NCBI GenBank assembly: GCA_036500225.1
Contig: DASYCJ010000118.1
Location: forward strand, 8,784-72,783
Origin: Gammaproteobacteria bacterium
Lineage (GTDB): Bacteria > Pseudomonadota > Gammaproteobacteria > Natronospirales > REEB76
Reading direction: 5' to 3'
DNA: 64,000 nt
The position numbers and the translations under genes were made by a program. A model generated the notes under the pieces. That model worked only from the letters and a program-made list of their open reading frames with translations, was not told the DNA's origin and searched no databases. This document shows positions 38,354 to 50,575 of this stretch, piece by piece (the first letter of the stretch is position 1; the number at the start of each line of letters is the position of its first letter).

Positions 38354-39063
38354 GATTCCGGCCGCCAGGCCGCATCGCTCACCGCCTGCTGGCAGAAGGT
38401 CGAGAGCATGCGCAGGAAATCAGTGCGTGGCACCGGCACGCTGCCCATGGTCTCGAGATGCTCAGATTGCACCTGACAATCCATGAAAGCGTAGCCCCAC
38501 CGTTCTAGACGCTCCATCAGCGTGACCAGCACGATCTTCGAGGCATCGGTAACTCGGCTGAACATGGATTCACCGAAGAACACCCGGCCCACGGCCACGC
38601 CATAGAGCCCGCCAGCCAGCTTCCCAGCCACCCATAGTTCAACCGAATGGGCGTGGCCGAGCCGGTACAGTTCGGCATAAGCAGCCTTCATATCAACATT
38701 GATCCAGGTGCCACCTTCCGGATGTTGTGGACGCGGTCCGGCACAGGCCTCCATGACCTCGGCGAAGGCGGTATCGAAGCGAAGTTCGTAACCGCCGCGT
38801 GCCATGCGCCGGCGCAGTGAGCGGCTTACATGCAATGATTCCGGAAGGAATACTGCGCGTGGGTCCGGAGACCACCAGAGGATCGGCAGGCCTGCGTCGT
38901 ACCAGGGGAAGATGCCATGGCGATAAGCGTAGAGCAGGCGCTCCGGCGAGAGATCGCCGCCCACGGCCAAGAGGCCGTCCGGCTCTCGCAATGCTCGGGC
39001 TGGGTCCGGGAAGGCTGCCGGTGGATCCTCCGGGAGGATGCGTCTTAGGGGCAGGGTCTGCAT
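38350..39063 (-). CDS. aat: Leucyl/phenylalanyl-tRNA-protein transferase
   Basis: 237 aa. ...GLLAVGGDLSPERLLYAYRHGIFPWY...PILWWSPDPRAV... and ...GGLYGVAVGRVFFGESMFS.... Confidence 0.9.
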   Translation of the reverse strand: MQTLPLRRILPEDPPAAFPDPARALREPDGLLAVGGDLSPERLLYAYRHGIFPWYDAGLPILWWSPDPRAVFLPESLHVSRSLRRRMARGGYELRFDTAFAEVMEACAGPRPQHPEGGTWINVDMKAAYAELYRLGHAHSVELWVAGKLAGGLYGVAVGRVFFGESMFSRVTDASKIVLVTLMERLERWGYAFMDCQVQSEHLETMGSVPVPRTDFLRMLSTFCQQAVSDAAWRPES

Positions 39064-39076
39064 CTATATATATGCC

Positions 39077-40225
39077 TCAGTCGTCGGCTCCCTGGTCTGC
39101 GTGGAAGGGCAGGTGGGTCTCGGTCTCATGCAGATACGCAGTCACATGATGCTGTTCCCGCTGCAGGTATTCGTCAATGGCGGCCTGGAAACGCGGGTCT
39201 GCGAGCCAATGGGTGGACCAGGTATAGGTCGGTTCGAAGCCGCGGCTGATCTTGTGCTCCCCCTGGGTGCCGGGGTTGAAGTGCTTGAGCCCACGTTTGA
39301 TGCAGTACTCGATACCTTGGTAGTAGCAGGCTTCGAAGTGCAGGCTATGGAACTCCTGCTCGGAGCCCCAGTGCCTGCCATACAAGGTGTCGCCGCCTTG
39401 CAGACAGATGGCGGCTGCCACGGGCTCACCCTGCAGGAAGGCAAAACAGATCATCAGCGACTCAGGCATGGTCTTCTGCAACTCGTCGAAGAAGCTGCGG
39501 GTCAGATAAGCATGGCGACCGCGCTTGTCGTAGGTGGCCGTGTAGAATCGGTACATGGCATCCATCAGTTTCCAATCCAGCTCCGTCCCCGAGAGCATGC
39601 GCATCTCGATGCCGGCCTCGGCGATACGGCGTCGTTCCCGATGCACTTTCTTCCGCTTGTCGGCAGTGAAGCTCTCCAGGAAATGTTCGAAGTCCCGGTA
39701 GCCCCGATCGTGCCAGTGGAATTGGGTGTCGGTGCGGGTAAGGAAGCCGGCGCGCTTCCAGGCTGGGAGTTCCCCCTCAAGGGGGAACAGGCAATGGATG
39801 GAAGAGCAGTGCAGTTCCTTCGCCAGAGTGTGGGCCTCAGCGATCAAGTTCGCGCTCACCTCAGCGGAGTCAGCACTAGCCGTGATCAGCAGCCGAGGGC
39901 CGGGCACGGGCGAGTAAGGCACTGAGGAGACGAGCTTCGGATAATAAGGAAGGCCGTTGCGCTGGTAGGCATCGGCCCAGGCCCAGTCGAACACGAATTC
40001 GCCGTAGGAATGGGATTTGAGATAGAGGGGCAGGGCGCCCAGTAGCATGCCTTGCGCGTTGCGACAGGAGAGATGCAGCGGCGCCCAGCCGCTCTTGGCA
40101 TTCGCCGAGCCACTATGTTCCAAGGCTGCCAGGAACTCATGACGCAGGAAGGGGTTTTCGCCGGCGAGAGCGTTCCACTCGCCGGCGGATATGTCGTCTA
40201 TGGACTTATTTACCTGCACCTTCAT
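39077..40225 (-). CDS. DUF482 / FemAB-like (GNAT-fold) protein of unknown function
   Basis: 382 aa. I associate the motifs FLRHEFLAALE, SHSYGEFVFDWAWADAY, YYPKLVSSVPYSPV, HFEACYYQGIEYCI and HFNPGTQGEHKISRGFEP with Pfam DUF482 (FemAB_like). This needs HMM confirmation. Confidence 0.7.
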   Translation of the reverse strand: MKVQVNKSIDDISAGEWNALAGENPFLRHEFLAALEHSGSANAKSGWAPLHLSCRNAQGMLLGALPLYLKSHSYGEFVFDWAWADAYQRNGLPYYPKLVSSVPYSPVPGPRLLITASADSAEVSANLIAEAHTLAKELHCSSIHCLFPLEGELPAWKRAGFLTRTDTQFHWHDRGYRDFEHFLESFTADKRKKVHRERRRIAEAGIEMRMLSGTELDWKLMDAMYRFYTATYDKRGRHAYLTRSFFDELQKTMPESLMICFAFLQGEPVAAAICLQGGDTLYGRHWGSEQEFHSLHFEACYYQGIEYCIKRGLKHFNPGTQGEHKISRGFEPTYTWSTHWLADPRFQAAIDEYLQREQHHVTAYLHETETHLPFHADQGADD

Positions 40226-40242
40226 GGCACAGGTAGCTTAGC

Positions 40243-41379
<1,137 letters not shown>

Positions 41380-41453
41380 CTAGAGACAGGTACGGACCGT
41401 GCGTTATTTCAAATGTTAACGAAATTCAACGGATAGCGTAAAGGAGCTTTTTC

Positions 41454-42509
41454 ATGCGCATCGGTATACCCCGCGAGCTGAAGCCGCTCGAAGGCCGCGT
41501 AGGCCTGATCCCGGCTGCTGCTGCCGAGCTGGTCCGCCACGGTCACCAGGTCTTCATCGAGAAGAACGCCGGCATCAAGAGCGGCTATAGCGACGACAAC
41601 TTCCGCAGTGTCGGCGTCGAAGTGCTGAACACTGCTGCCGACGTCTACGGCAAGGCCGAGATGATCGTGAAGGTGAAGGAGCCCATCAAGGCTGACCTGG
41701 AACTCCTGCGCAAGGAGCACCTGCTGTTCTGCTATCTGCATCTCGCTGCGCTGCCGGACCTCACCGAGAGTCTGAAGAAGATCGGCTGTACCGCCGTCGC
41801 CTTCGAGACCGTGGAAGAGGGCGGCCGCCTGCCGCTCTTGGCTCCCATGAGCGACATCGCCGGGCGCCTCTCCATCCAGGTGGGTACGCACCTCTTGCAT
41901 CAGCCTATGGGTGGCAAGGGCATCCTCTTGGGCGGCGTACCTGCCGCCAAACGTGGCCGTGTGGTCATCGTCGGTGCGGGCGTCGCGGGTGGCGCTTCCG
42001 CCATCGTGGCCGCGGGCATGGGCGCCCAGGTGACGGTGTTCGATATCTCCCGCGACCGCATGGAGCGCATGCGCGACCTGGGGCCGAACGTCACTGCACT
42101 TTACCCGCATACCGCTGACATCGCGGAAGCGGTGAAGTACGCCGACATCGTGGTGGGCGCGGTGCTGGTCACCGGCGAGAAAGCCCCGCACGTGGTGAGC
42201 GCCGACATGGTGCGCAGCATGCAACCGGGCTCCGTGGTGGCGGATATCTCCGTGGACCAGGGCGGCTGCGTGGAGACCACCAAGCCGACCACCTGGGACA
42301 ACCCTACCTACGTGTGGGAAGGCGTCACGCACTTCACCGTCACGAACATGCCGGGGGCAGTGCCGCGCACGTCCTCGCAAGCGCTGTCAGCAGCCATCAC
42401 CCCCTACGCGGTGAAGCTCGCGGCCGGCGGCTGGCGCGACCTTGAGTCCTTGCGTAAAGGCATCAACGTGGAAGGCGGCAAGGTCGTACACCCGGCACTG
42501 CTGAAGTAA
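41454..42509 (+). CDS. ald: Alanine dehydrogenase family protein
   Basis: 351 aa. [40 protein letters not shown]... and the NAD fold [14 protein letters not shown]. It is somewhat shorter than typical Ald, so the substrate assignment is tentative. Confidence 0.75.
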   Translation: MRIGIPRELKPLEGRVGLIPAAAAELVRHGHQVFIEKNAGIKSGYSDDNFRSVGVEVLNTAADVYGKAEMIVKVKEPIKADLELLRKEHLLFCYLHLAALPDLTESLKKIGCTAVAFETVEEGGRLPLLAPMSDIAGRLSIQVGTHLLHQPMGGKGILLGGVPAAKRGRVVIVGAGVAGGASAIVAAGMGAQVTVFDISRDRMERMRDLGPNVTALYPHTADIAEAVKYADIVVGAVLVTGEKAPHVVSADMVRSMQPGSVVADISVDQGGCVETTKPTTWDNPTYVWEGVTHFTVTNMPGAVPRTSSQALSAAITPYAVKLAAGGWRDLESLRKGINVEGGKVVHPALLK

Positions 42510-42512
42510 GCC

Positions 42513-44837
42513 TTGGCGCAAGCGACACGCAAAGAAGAAGAACGCTCGCCACTGGCGATCCATCTGGCGCAGGGCCTCAAGGAAGCGGCCCTGTGGATGT
42601 TCCTGGTGGCGGGGTTGGTGTTGTTGCTGGCGCTGTCTACTTACGATCCCCATGATCCCGGCTACACCTATAGTGGTGAGTCGGGGCATCACATCCATAA
42701 CGCCATCGGCCCCGTCGGGGCCTGGCTCGCCGACTTCCTGTATTTCCTGATCGGCTACCCCGCGTACATCTTGGCTGGGCTGCTCATCTGGTCCGGTTGG
42801 CTCATCTTCCGGGCACGCCGCTCCACCGAACCCGTCAACAAACTGCATCTCTCGGCGCGCATCGGCGGCTTATTGCTGTCACTCATCACCGCCAGCGGTC
42901 TCGCCTCCATCGGCTATGGCAGTGGCGCCGGCCTGCAGGATGCGGGAGGCGTGCTGGGTGTGCTGGTGGGCAAGAGCCTCGCCCATGCCTTGAGTCCGCT
43001 TGGCGCCACGCTGGTGCTGCTGGCCTTGTTCTTAGGCGCTGTCACCGTCTTTACCGGCATCTCCTGGCTCGCAGTCATGGACCGGGTCGGCCACTGGACC
43101 CTGTTGCTCTGGGAACGCTCCCGCAACCGCTGGGCCTGGCTGCGGGAGACCATCGCCGCGCGTAAGGCGCGCGAACAGCAGGTGGAAGTCATCAAGGTCC
43201 ACCAGGAAGAGGTCAAGAAGAAACCCAAGCCGCGCATCGAGCCCATCGCCAAACCGGTGGCGCCGAGCCCGCGCGCCGAACGCGAGAAGCAGGTGCCGCT
43301 ATTCGAACCGCCCTCGGATGCGGAACTGCCGCCGCTCTCGCTCCTGGATGACAAGCCGCCGAGGGTGGAGGGTTATTCCGAGGCTGCCCTGGAGGCCATG
43401 TCCCGCACCGTCGAGATCAAGCTCAAGGACTTTGGTGTGGACGTGCAGGTGGTCGCGGTGAACCCGGGTCCCGTGGTCACGCGCTTCGAGCTGCAGCCGG
43501 CACCCGGCGTGAAAGTGAGTCAGATCACCAATCTGTCCAAGGACCTAGCCCGCGGCCTCTCGGCCATCAGCGTGCGTGTGGTGGAGGTCATCCCCGGCAA
43601 GTCCGTGGTGGGACTCGAGATACCCAATGAAGCCCGCCAGCTCGTCACCCTGGGTGAGATCCTGCGTTCCAAGGAATATGACGACAGTGCCTCGCCCCTG
43701 ACCCTGGCTTTGGGCAAGGACATCGGTGGCAACTCCATGGTCGCGGATCTTGAGAAGATGCCGCACCTGCTCATCGCCGGTACCACCGGTTCCGGCAAGT
43801 CGGTGGGGATCAACGCCATGATCTTGAGCCTCGTGTACAAGGCTACGGCCGAGAACGTGCGCATGATCATGATCGACCCCAAGATGCTGGAGCTCTCGGT
43901 GTACGAGGGTATCCCGCATCTCCTGGCGCCCGTCGTGACCGACATGAAGGAAGCTTCCAATGCGCTGCGCTGGTGCGTGGTAGAGATGGAGCGTCGCTAC
44001 CGCCTGATGGCGGCTCTGGGCGTGCGCAACCTAGCGGGCTATAACCGCAAGGTCAAGGACGCCATCGACGCCAAGAAGCCCATCATCGATCCCTTGCTCA
44101 CGCCTGAGAAGCTGGCGCTCTTGCCAGATTCGGATATCCCGCGTCTGCAACCCATGCCCAACATCGTGGTGGTGATAGACGAGCTCGCCGACATGATGAT
44201 GGTGGTGGGCAAGAAGGTGGAAGAGCTGATCGCGCGCCTGGCGCAGAAAGCCCGCGCCTCCGGCATCCACTTGGTGCTCGCGACCCAGCGCCCTTCGGTG
44301 GACGTAATCACCGGTCTCATCAAGGCCAACATCCCGACCCGCATCGCCTTCCAGGTTTCGGCGCGGGTGGATTCCCGCACCATCCTGGACCAACAGGGCG
44401 CGGAAGCGCTCCTGGGCCACGGCGACATGCTGTATCTGCCGGGCGGCACCTCGGTACCGACCCGCATCCACGGCGCTTTCGTCAGCGACCAGGAAGTGCA
44501 CAAGGTGGTGGCGCACTTGAAGCGCAAAGGCCAGCCGCACTATATCAACGAGATACTCTCCGGCCCCGGCGAACCGATACCCGGTTTCGCTTCTGAAGCG
44601 GGCGAGGATGGGGAAGTCAGCGCCGAAGCGGATCCCCTGTATGACCAGGCTGTACGCATCGTGACCGAGAGCCGCAAGGCCTCGATCTCCGGAGTGCAGC
44701 GCCGCCTCAAGATCGGTTACAACCGTGCGGCGCGAATGATCGAAGAGATGGAAGCGCGCGGCATCGTCGGCCCCTTGCAATCCAACGGCGCCCGCGAGGT
44801 GCTGGCCGCTGCGCCGCCTCCCGGCGCGGACGAATGA
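42513..44837 (+). CDS. ftsK: DNA translocase FtsK
   Basis: 774 aa with an N-terminal 4-TM domain and a linker. The motor has [19 protein letters not shown] and [12 protein letters not shown], and a C-terminal gamma winged helix follows (...[30 protein letters not shown]). Confidence 0.9.
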   Translation: MAQATRKEEERSPLAIHLAQGLKEAALWMFLVAGLVLLLALSTYDPHDPGYTYSGESGHHIHNAIGPVGAWLADFLYFLIGYPAYILAGLLIWSGWLIFRARRSTEPVNKLHLSARIGGLLLSLITASGLASIGYGSGAGLQDAGGVLGVLVGKSLAHALSPLGATLVLLALFLGAVTVFTGISWLAVMDRVGHWTLLLWERSRNRWAWLRETIAARKAREQQVEVIKVHQEEVKKKPKPRIEPIAKPVAPSPRAEREKQVPLFEPPSDAELPPLSLLDDKPPRVEGYSEAALEAMSRTVEIKLKDFGVDVQVVAVNPGPVVTRFELQPAPGVKVSQITNLSKDLARGLSAISVRVVEVIPGKSVVGLEIPNEARQLVTLGEILRSKEYDDSASPLTLALGKDIGGNSMVADLEKMPHLLIAGTTGSGKSVGINAMILSLVYKATAENVRMIMIDPKMLELSVYEGIPHLLAPVVTDMKEASNALRWCVVEMERRYRLMAALGVRNLAGYNRKVKDAIDAKKPIIDPLLTPEKLALLPDSDIPRLQPMPNIVVVIDELADMMMVVGKKVEELIARLAQKARASGIHLVLATQRPSVDVITGLIKANIPTRIAFQVSARVDSRTILDQQGAEALLGHGDMLYLPGGTSVPTRIHGAFVSDQEVHKVVAHLKRKGQPHYINEILSGPGEPIPGFASEAGEDGEVSAEADPLYDQAVRIVTESRKASISGVQRRLKIGYNRAARMIEEMEARGIVGPLQSNGAREVLAAAPPPGADE

Positions 44838-45493
44838 CCCGGAGCAATCAGATGAGAAGCCTGTGGCTTGCCTTGTTGTTGTCCACCTTGAGTCTGCCGT
44901 CCTACGCTGCCGATAGCGGTATCCAGCGTATGCAGGCTTTCTTGAAGGACGTGAAGACCCTGAAAGCGGATTTCACTCAAGTAGTACTTGATGCGAACCT
45001 CAAGCAGTTGAAGCAGACCAACGGAACCCTACTCATCAAGCGGCCTGACCGCTTCCGCTGGGACTACGCCAAACCCAATGCCGAGACCGTGGTAGCTGAT
45101 GGCAAGCGCCTCTGGCTTTACGACGTGCCCCTGCAACAAGTGACGGTGAAGCCGCTCAACGACACCCTGGCGGCGAGCCCGGCTGTGCTGCTCGCCGGTT
45201 CCAACGACGTGGACAAGGAATTCACGGTGACGGAGGAGGGCGAGAAGGACGGTCTCGTCTGGGTCGGTCTCACTCCCAAGGTGAAGGACTCGGACTTCCA
45301 GAGCGTGCGCCTCGGTTTCAAGGGTGCAGATATCGCCGAGATGGATCTCAAGGACAACCTGGGCAACACCACCCGTGTCAGTTTCGACCACATCCAGCGC
45401 AATCCGACGCTGAGCGATGACAGCTTCAAGTTCATGCCGCCGTCCGGCGCCGACGTCATCGGCGATGCGGGCGACGGGGTCAACCATGGCTGA
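44834..45493 (+). CDS. lolA: Outer-membrane lipoprotein carrier protein LolA
   Basis: Signal peptide [19 protein letters not shown], then ...LKADFTQVV...RPDRFRWDY... and ...[13 protein letters not shown]. The ATG at 44834 overlaps the ftsK stop; an alternative Met lies at 44852. Confidence 0.85.
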   Translation: MTRSNQMRSLWLALLLSTLSLPSYAADSGIQRMQAFLKDVKTLKADFTQVVLDANLKQLKQTNGTLLIKRPDRFRWDYAKPNAETVVADGKRLWLYDVPLQQVTVKPLNDTLAASPAVLLAGSNDVDKEFTVTEEGEKDGLVWVGLTPKVKDSDFQSVRLGFKGADIAEMDLKDNLGNTTRVSFDHIQRNPTLSDDSFKFMPPSGADVIGDAGDGVNHG

Positions 45494-45887
45494 TCAAGCC
45501 ACCACCGTGTCCGTACAACGCACCTGGCTCACGGCAGGTCTGGCGCTGATGGCATTGATCGTGTGGGGCAGCCTCACGCCTTCACCGCCTCAGATACTTG
45601 AGTTGCCGCTACCGCAGTTCGACAAGTTCGAGCATTGCGGTGCCTATCTGCTCCTGACTGCCTGGTTCACGGCTGCCTTCCCGCGGCGCTGGTTTTGGGT
45701 GACTTTGTTCTTCGCGGTGTTAGGTGGCGCCGTCGAGATCCTGCAGGGCTATACCGGACGTGACCCGGATTGGCTCGATTGGGTCGCCGATTGCGTCGGC
45801 ATCGGCATCGGTGCCTGGTTCCCGGCCCGCTGGGCCTTACAGGTCAAGTCCTGGCTGACAGTGAGATATGCGCGCGCCCGCGCCTGA
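45486..45887 (+). CDS. VanZ-like small membrane protein
   Basis: 133 aa with 4 predicted TM helices. ...DKFEHCGAYLLLTAWF... and ...GGAVEILQGYTGRDPDWLDWVADCVGIGIG... match the VanZ-family pattern. The start overlaps the lolA stop and the end overlaps the rarA start. Confidence 0.6.
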   Translation: MADQATTVSVQRTWLTAGLALMALIVWGSLTPSPPQILELPLPQFDKFEHCGAYLLLTAWFTAAFPRRWFWVTLFFAVLGGAVEILQGYTGRDPDWLDWVADCVGIGIGAWFPARWALQVKSWLTVRYARARA

Positions 45888-47190
45888 ATTCAGACCTCTC
45901 GCGGACCGCATGCGGCCGCACCGGATAGAGGAGTTCACGGGGCAGATCCACCTCCTGGCGCCCGGCAAGCCCCTGCGCCGCGCCCTCGAGAGTGGCCAAC
46001 TTCACTCCATGATCTTCTGGGGACCGCCGGGTACCGGCAAGACTACGCTCGCCCGCATGCTGGCGGAGCGCTGCCAGGCGCATTTCATCGCCCTCTCGGC
46101 GGTGATGGCCGGCGTCAAGGACGTGCGGGCGGCGGTAGAGGAGGCGCGGGAAGTACGCGCTGTGGACGGTCGGGGGACGGTGTTGTTCCTGGACGAGGTG
46201 CACCGCTTCAATAAGAGCCAACAGGATGCCTTCCTGCCCTATGTAGAAGATGGCACCCTGATCTTCATCGGCGCCACCACCGAGAACCCCTCTTTCGAGC
46301 TCAACAACGCGCTCCTGTCCCGGGCCCGGGTCTATGTGCTCAAGTCCCTCACTGGCGAAGACATCCGTCGCATCATCGATACAGCCCTCACGGATACAGA
46401 GCGGGGGCTGGGCGACCGGCATCTCGAGATGGCTCCTGAACTGCGAGATCAACTGGCCGCCGCGGCGGACGGGGATGGCCGGCGTGCGCTGAACCTGCTG
46501 GAGATAGCCGCGGATCTGGCGGAGGGCGGGAAGATAGGTCCTGCCGCTGTGCAAGACGTCGTCAGCGGTGGGGTGCGCCGGTTCGACAAGGGCGGGGACA
46601 TCTTCTATGACCAGATCTCGGCCCTGCACAAGTCGGTGCGGGGCTCATCGCCCGACGCCTCCTTATATTGGATGGCACGGATGCTGGATGGGGGCTGTGA
46701 TCCTCTATATATAGCGCGCCGGGTGGTACGCATGGCCTCTGAGGATATCGGCAACGCTGACCCCAGGGGCCTCGACCTGGCTTTGGCCGCTTGGGAAGTA
46801 CTGGAACGGCTCGGCAGTCCGGAAGGGGAGTTGGCCCTGGCCCAGGCAGTGGTCTATCTCGCTATGGCGCCCAAGAGCAATGCTGTGTACTCCGCCTTCG
46901 GCGAAGCCATGCAGGATGCCCGGGAGAGCGGTACCCGTGATGTACCCCTGCACCTGCGTAACGCGCCTACCAGGCTCATGAAGGGCTTGGGTTTCGGGCG
47001 CGAGTATCGCTATGCCCATGAGGAGGTGGATGCCTTCGCCGCCGGCGAGCGCTATTTCCCTGAGGACATGCAGGAGAAAAACTATTATCATCCCGTGCCC
47101 CGTGGGCTCGAGATCAAGATCGCCGAGAAGCTCAACGACCTCCGGACCCGTAACCAGGCTGCCCGTAAGACCAAGAAGACCGATAAGTAG
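45868..47190 (+). CDS. rarA: Replication-associated recombination protein A (RarA/MgsA)
   Basis: 440 aa. ...[20 protein letters not shown]..., Walker [35 protein letters not shown] and ...[14 protein letters not shown].... Confidence 0.9.
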   Translation: MRAPAPEFRPLADRMRPHRIEEFTGQIHLLAPGKPLRRALESGQLHSMIFWGPPGTGKTTLARMLAERCQAHFIALSAVMAGVKDVRAAVEEAREVRAVDGRGTVLFLDEVHRFNKSQQDAFLPYVEDGTLIFIGATTENPSFELNNALLSRARVYVLKSLTGEDIRRIIDTALTDTERGLGDRHLEMAPELRDQLAAAADGDGRRALNLLEIAADLAEGGKIGPAAVQDVVSGGVRRFDKGGDIFYDQISALHKSVRGSSPDASLYWMARMLDGGCDPLYIARRVVRMASEDIGNADPRGLDLALAAWEVLERLGSPEGELALAQAVVYLAMAPKSNAVYSAFGEAMQDARESGTRDVPLHLRNAPTRLMKGLGFGREYRYAHEEVDAFAAGERYFPEDMQEKNYYHPVPRGLEIKIAEKLNDLRTRNQAARKTKKTDK

Positions 47191-48468
<1,278 letters not shown>

Positions 48469-48479
48469 TGCTTGCGGTC

Positions 48480-48545
48480 GGAAAGGTGGCCGAGTGGGAT
48501 AAGGCGAGACGCGACAGCGTCGAGCGTCTTGAAAACCACCTCCCG
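48480..48545 (+). pseudogene. tRNA-Ser-like 5' half (acceptor 5' strand, D-arm and anticodon-loop sequence, no 3' half)
   Basis: GGAAAGGTGGCCGAGTGGGATAAGGCG...GTCTTGAAAACC aligns with the first 27 nt and with the GTCTTGAAAACC anticodon region of the intact tRNA-Ser 82 nt downstream. It carries an inserted segment of roughly 16-20 nt (AGACGCGACAGCGTCGAGC). I can find no T-arm and no complementary 3' acceptor strand. Confidence 0.4.
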
Positions 48546-48561
48546 ATTGTATGTTGTATCT

Positions 48562-48651
48562 GGAGGGATGGCCGAGTGGTTTAAGGCACCGGTCTTGAAA
48601 ACCGGCAAGGGCGTAAGTCCTTCGTGAGTTCGAATCTCACTCCCTCCGCCA
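48562..48651 (+). tRNA. tRNA-Ser (anticodon UGA), CCA encoded
   Basis: GGAGGGA-TG-GCC-GAGTGGTTTAA-GGC-A-CCGGT-CTTGAAA-ACCGG, a long variable arm (CAAGGGCGTAAGTCCTTCG), TGAGT-TCGAATC-TCACT (GAGT/ACTC pair with the flanking T-T unpaired), then TCCCTCC-G-CCA. This is a class II cloverleaf. Confidence 0.9.
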
Positions 48652-48663
48652 ATTCAAACTAAT

Positions 48664-48688
48664 AGACCTCCTAGATGGAGGTCTTTTT
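48664..48688 (+). terminator. Rho-independent terminator after tRNA-Ser
   Basis: AGACCTCC-tagat-GGAGGTCT followed by TTTT. Confidence 0.7.
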
Positions 48689-48931
48689 AGTTTGATGGAG
48701 TCGGACGGTCACCAAATTCCCCCGATGTGACCCACCTCACACCGTGATTTGCGCGGTCCGCGCCGTGCCTGGGCCTCCGGTCCCCGTCGCGCTCTTTCAC
48801 GACATAAAGCCCGTCTGTGGCAGGTTTTACTTTCGGGTCTTTCACATCTTCTGAATCGGGTCTTTACCCCATACCTGGCGTATCGCTTCCCCTATAGATT
48901 TGACGTCGTGTACAAGCGGTGGGCTGGGAAC

Positions 48932-50575
48932 ATGGACCGTTATACGAAAGTATTGCCCAAGTTGCGCGGTCTTACGCGAACTGTGCCAAGGACGGTGCTC
49001 GCTTACGCAGCGCTGGCGGGGATCGCCATCGCCCTCTCGGATGCGCTGACTCTCGCGCTGACCGCCGATTCCCATCGCATCGGTTATTTCCTCGCACTCA
49101 AAGGCGTCCTGGTGGCGGCAGCCACTGGCACCCTGATGTTCCTACTGCTGCGTCGCGATACCGACAGCCGTGAGCAGGCGCAGCGCGAGCTCTATATGGC
49201 GCGGCACGATCCCTCCACGAAGTTGCTGGGCCGCGCCGAATGGATAAAGCGCGTCGACGCGACGCTCAGGGACCCACTGACGCGGCAGGAGCCGGCCGTG
49301 GTGCTGACGGTGATCATCGATCGTTACGACTACCTGGTGCATCGTTTCGGTTCCAAGAGTCTGAACCTCTGGCTGGGTGTGTTCGGCCGTTACCTGCGCA
49401 TGCTGGCCAAGGGCGACGACCTAGTCGGTTGCGTGGGCCCAGGCGTATTCGTGCTGCACATGCAGGGCGTGGACTCGCGCCAACAAGCCCTAGAGATCGT
49501 GCAGCGCATGCTGGAGAGCGGAAAACGCACTTTCCTCATCCAGGGAGAGGCTATGACCCTGGATCTAAACATCGGCCTCTGCATCTATCCTGAGGATGGC
49601 TCCAACGCAGAAGACTTGCTGGCACGTGCCAATATCGCCATGCGTCGTGCCACCACAGAAGGCTTGAATCGCTCCTGCTGGTACAAGCCGGAGATCGCTG
49701 AACAGGTGGTGAGCCGCGTGAAACTGAAGAAGGACCTGGAGAAGGCCCTGGAGCGCCGCGAGCTGCAACTCTATTTCCAGCCGCGGGTCTGCCTCAAGAG
49801 CGGTGCCATCTGTGGTTGCGAGGCCTTGTTGCGCTGGCGCCATCCGCGCCGCGGGCTAGTGCTGCCATCAGCTTTTATCGGCATCGCCGAGGAGTCGGGG
49901 TTGATTGTGGATATCGGCCGCTGGGTGCTGGCCGAGAGCGTGGCCTTCCTGCGCGACTGGTCAGATGCGGGCCTGCCGTACATCAACGTCTCCGTGAACG
50001 TCTCCTATGCCCAGATCGCCAAGGGCGACTTCCTCCGGGACGTGAATGAGGCTCTGGGTCCGAACCTGCGCTACGCACGGTTCATCGAGCTTGAGCTCAC
50101 CGAGAGCCTGGCCATGAGTGATCCGCAGCTGACCATGGATGTGCTGCAGGGTGTGAAGCACGCAGGCATGCGCGTGGCCTTGGATGACTTCGGCACCGGT
50201 TATTCGTCCCTGAGTTATCTGCACCGTTTCCCCATCGATTGCCTCAAGGTCGACAGTTCGTTCATCACCGACCTCACCGAGAACAGTCATAGCCAGGAAC
50301 TCATCAAGACCGTGATCGCCCTGGGTCACGGCCTGGGAGCCCAGGTGTGCGCCGAGGGCGTGGAGTCGCGCGCCCAGGTGCGCATGTTGACCGAATACGG
50401 TTGCGATGAAGGTCAAGGTTACTTCTATGGTCGGCCGGCCCCGGGTGAGCACCTGATCGGGCGGCTCCAGGAAAAGTGTCCAACGGTACGCATGGGCCGG
50501 GTAGGGCCGGCGTACCAGCCGCCGGTCGGGGCTGGCGGCGCTCTTGTGAAGGAGACGGCCCATGCAGGACCCTGA
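48932..50575 (+). CDS. Membrane-anchored c-di-GMP phosphodiesterase: degenerate GGDEF plus intact EAL
   Basis: Two N-terminal TM helices. The GGDEF-like domain has VGPGVF at the signature position. The EAL domain has all the motifs I know (EALLRWRHP, NVSV, ELELTES, DDFGTGYSSLSYL, KVDSSF, EGVES, QGYFYGRP). The start is set at MDRYTK (48932); the longest ORF begins at 48749. Confidence 0.85.
   Translation: MDRYTKVLPKLRGLTRTVPRTVLAYAALAGIAIALSDALTLALTADSHRIGYFLALKGVLVAAATGTLMFLLLRRDTDSREQAQRELYMARHDPSTKLLGRAEWIKRVDATLRDPLTRQEPAVVLTVIIDRYDYLVHRFGSKSLNLWLGVFGRYLRMLAKGDDLVGCVGPGVFVLHMQGVDSRQQALEIVQRMLESGKRTFLIQGEAMTLDLNIGLCIYPEDGSNAEDLLARANIAMRRATTEGLNRSCWYKPEIAEQVVSRVKLKKDLEKALERRELQLYFQPRVCLKSGAICGCEALLRWRHPRRGLVLPSAFIGIAEESGLIVDIGRWVLAESVAFLRDWSDAGLPYINVSVNVSYAQIAKGDFLRDVNEALGPNLRYARFIELELTESLAMSDPQLTMDVLQGVKHAGMRVALDDFGTGYSSLSYLHRFPIDCLKVDSSFITDLTENSHSQELIKTVIALGHGLGAQVCAEGVESRAQVRMLTEYGCDEGQGYFYGRPAPGEHLIGRLQEKCPTVRMGRVGPAYQPPVGAGGALVKETAHAGP

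Noticed and set aside
41409-42380. A 323-aa minus-strand ORF opposite ald
   Set aside because: Shadow ORF rich in His/Arg/Gly/Ala. The plus strand encodes a clear Ald-family protein.
48480-48545. The idea that the tRNA-like fragment is a tRNA-Sec gene or a T-box-like serS regulator
   Set aside because: It has no UCA anticodon context, no long acceptor stem and no 3' half, which rules out tRNA-Sec. It lies downstream of serS, not upstream, and lacks specifier/antiterminator architecture, which rules out a T-box.
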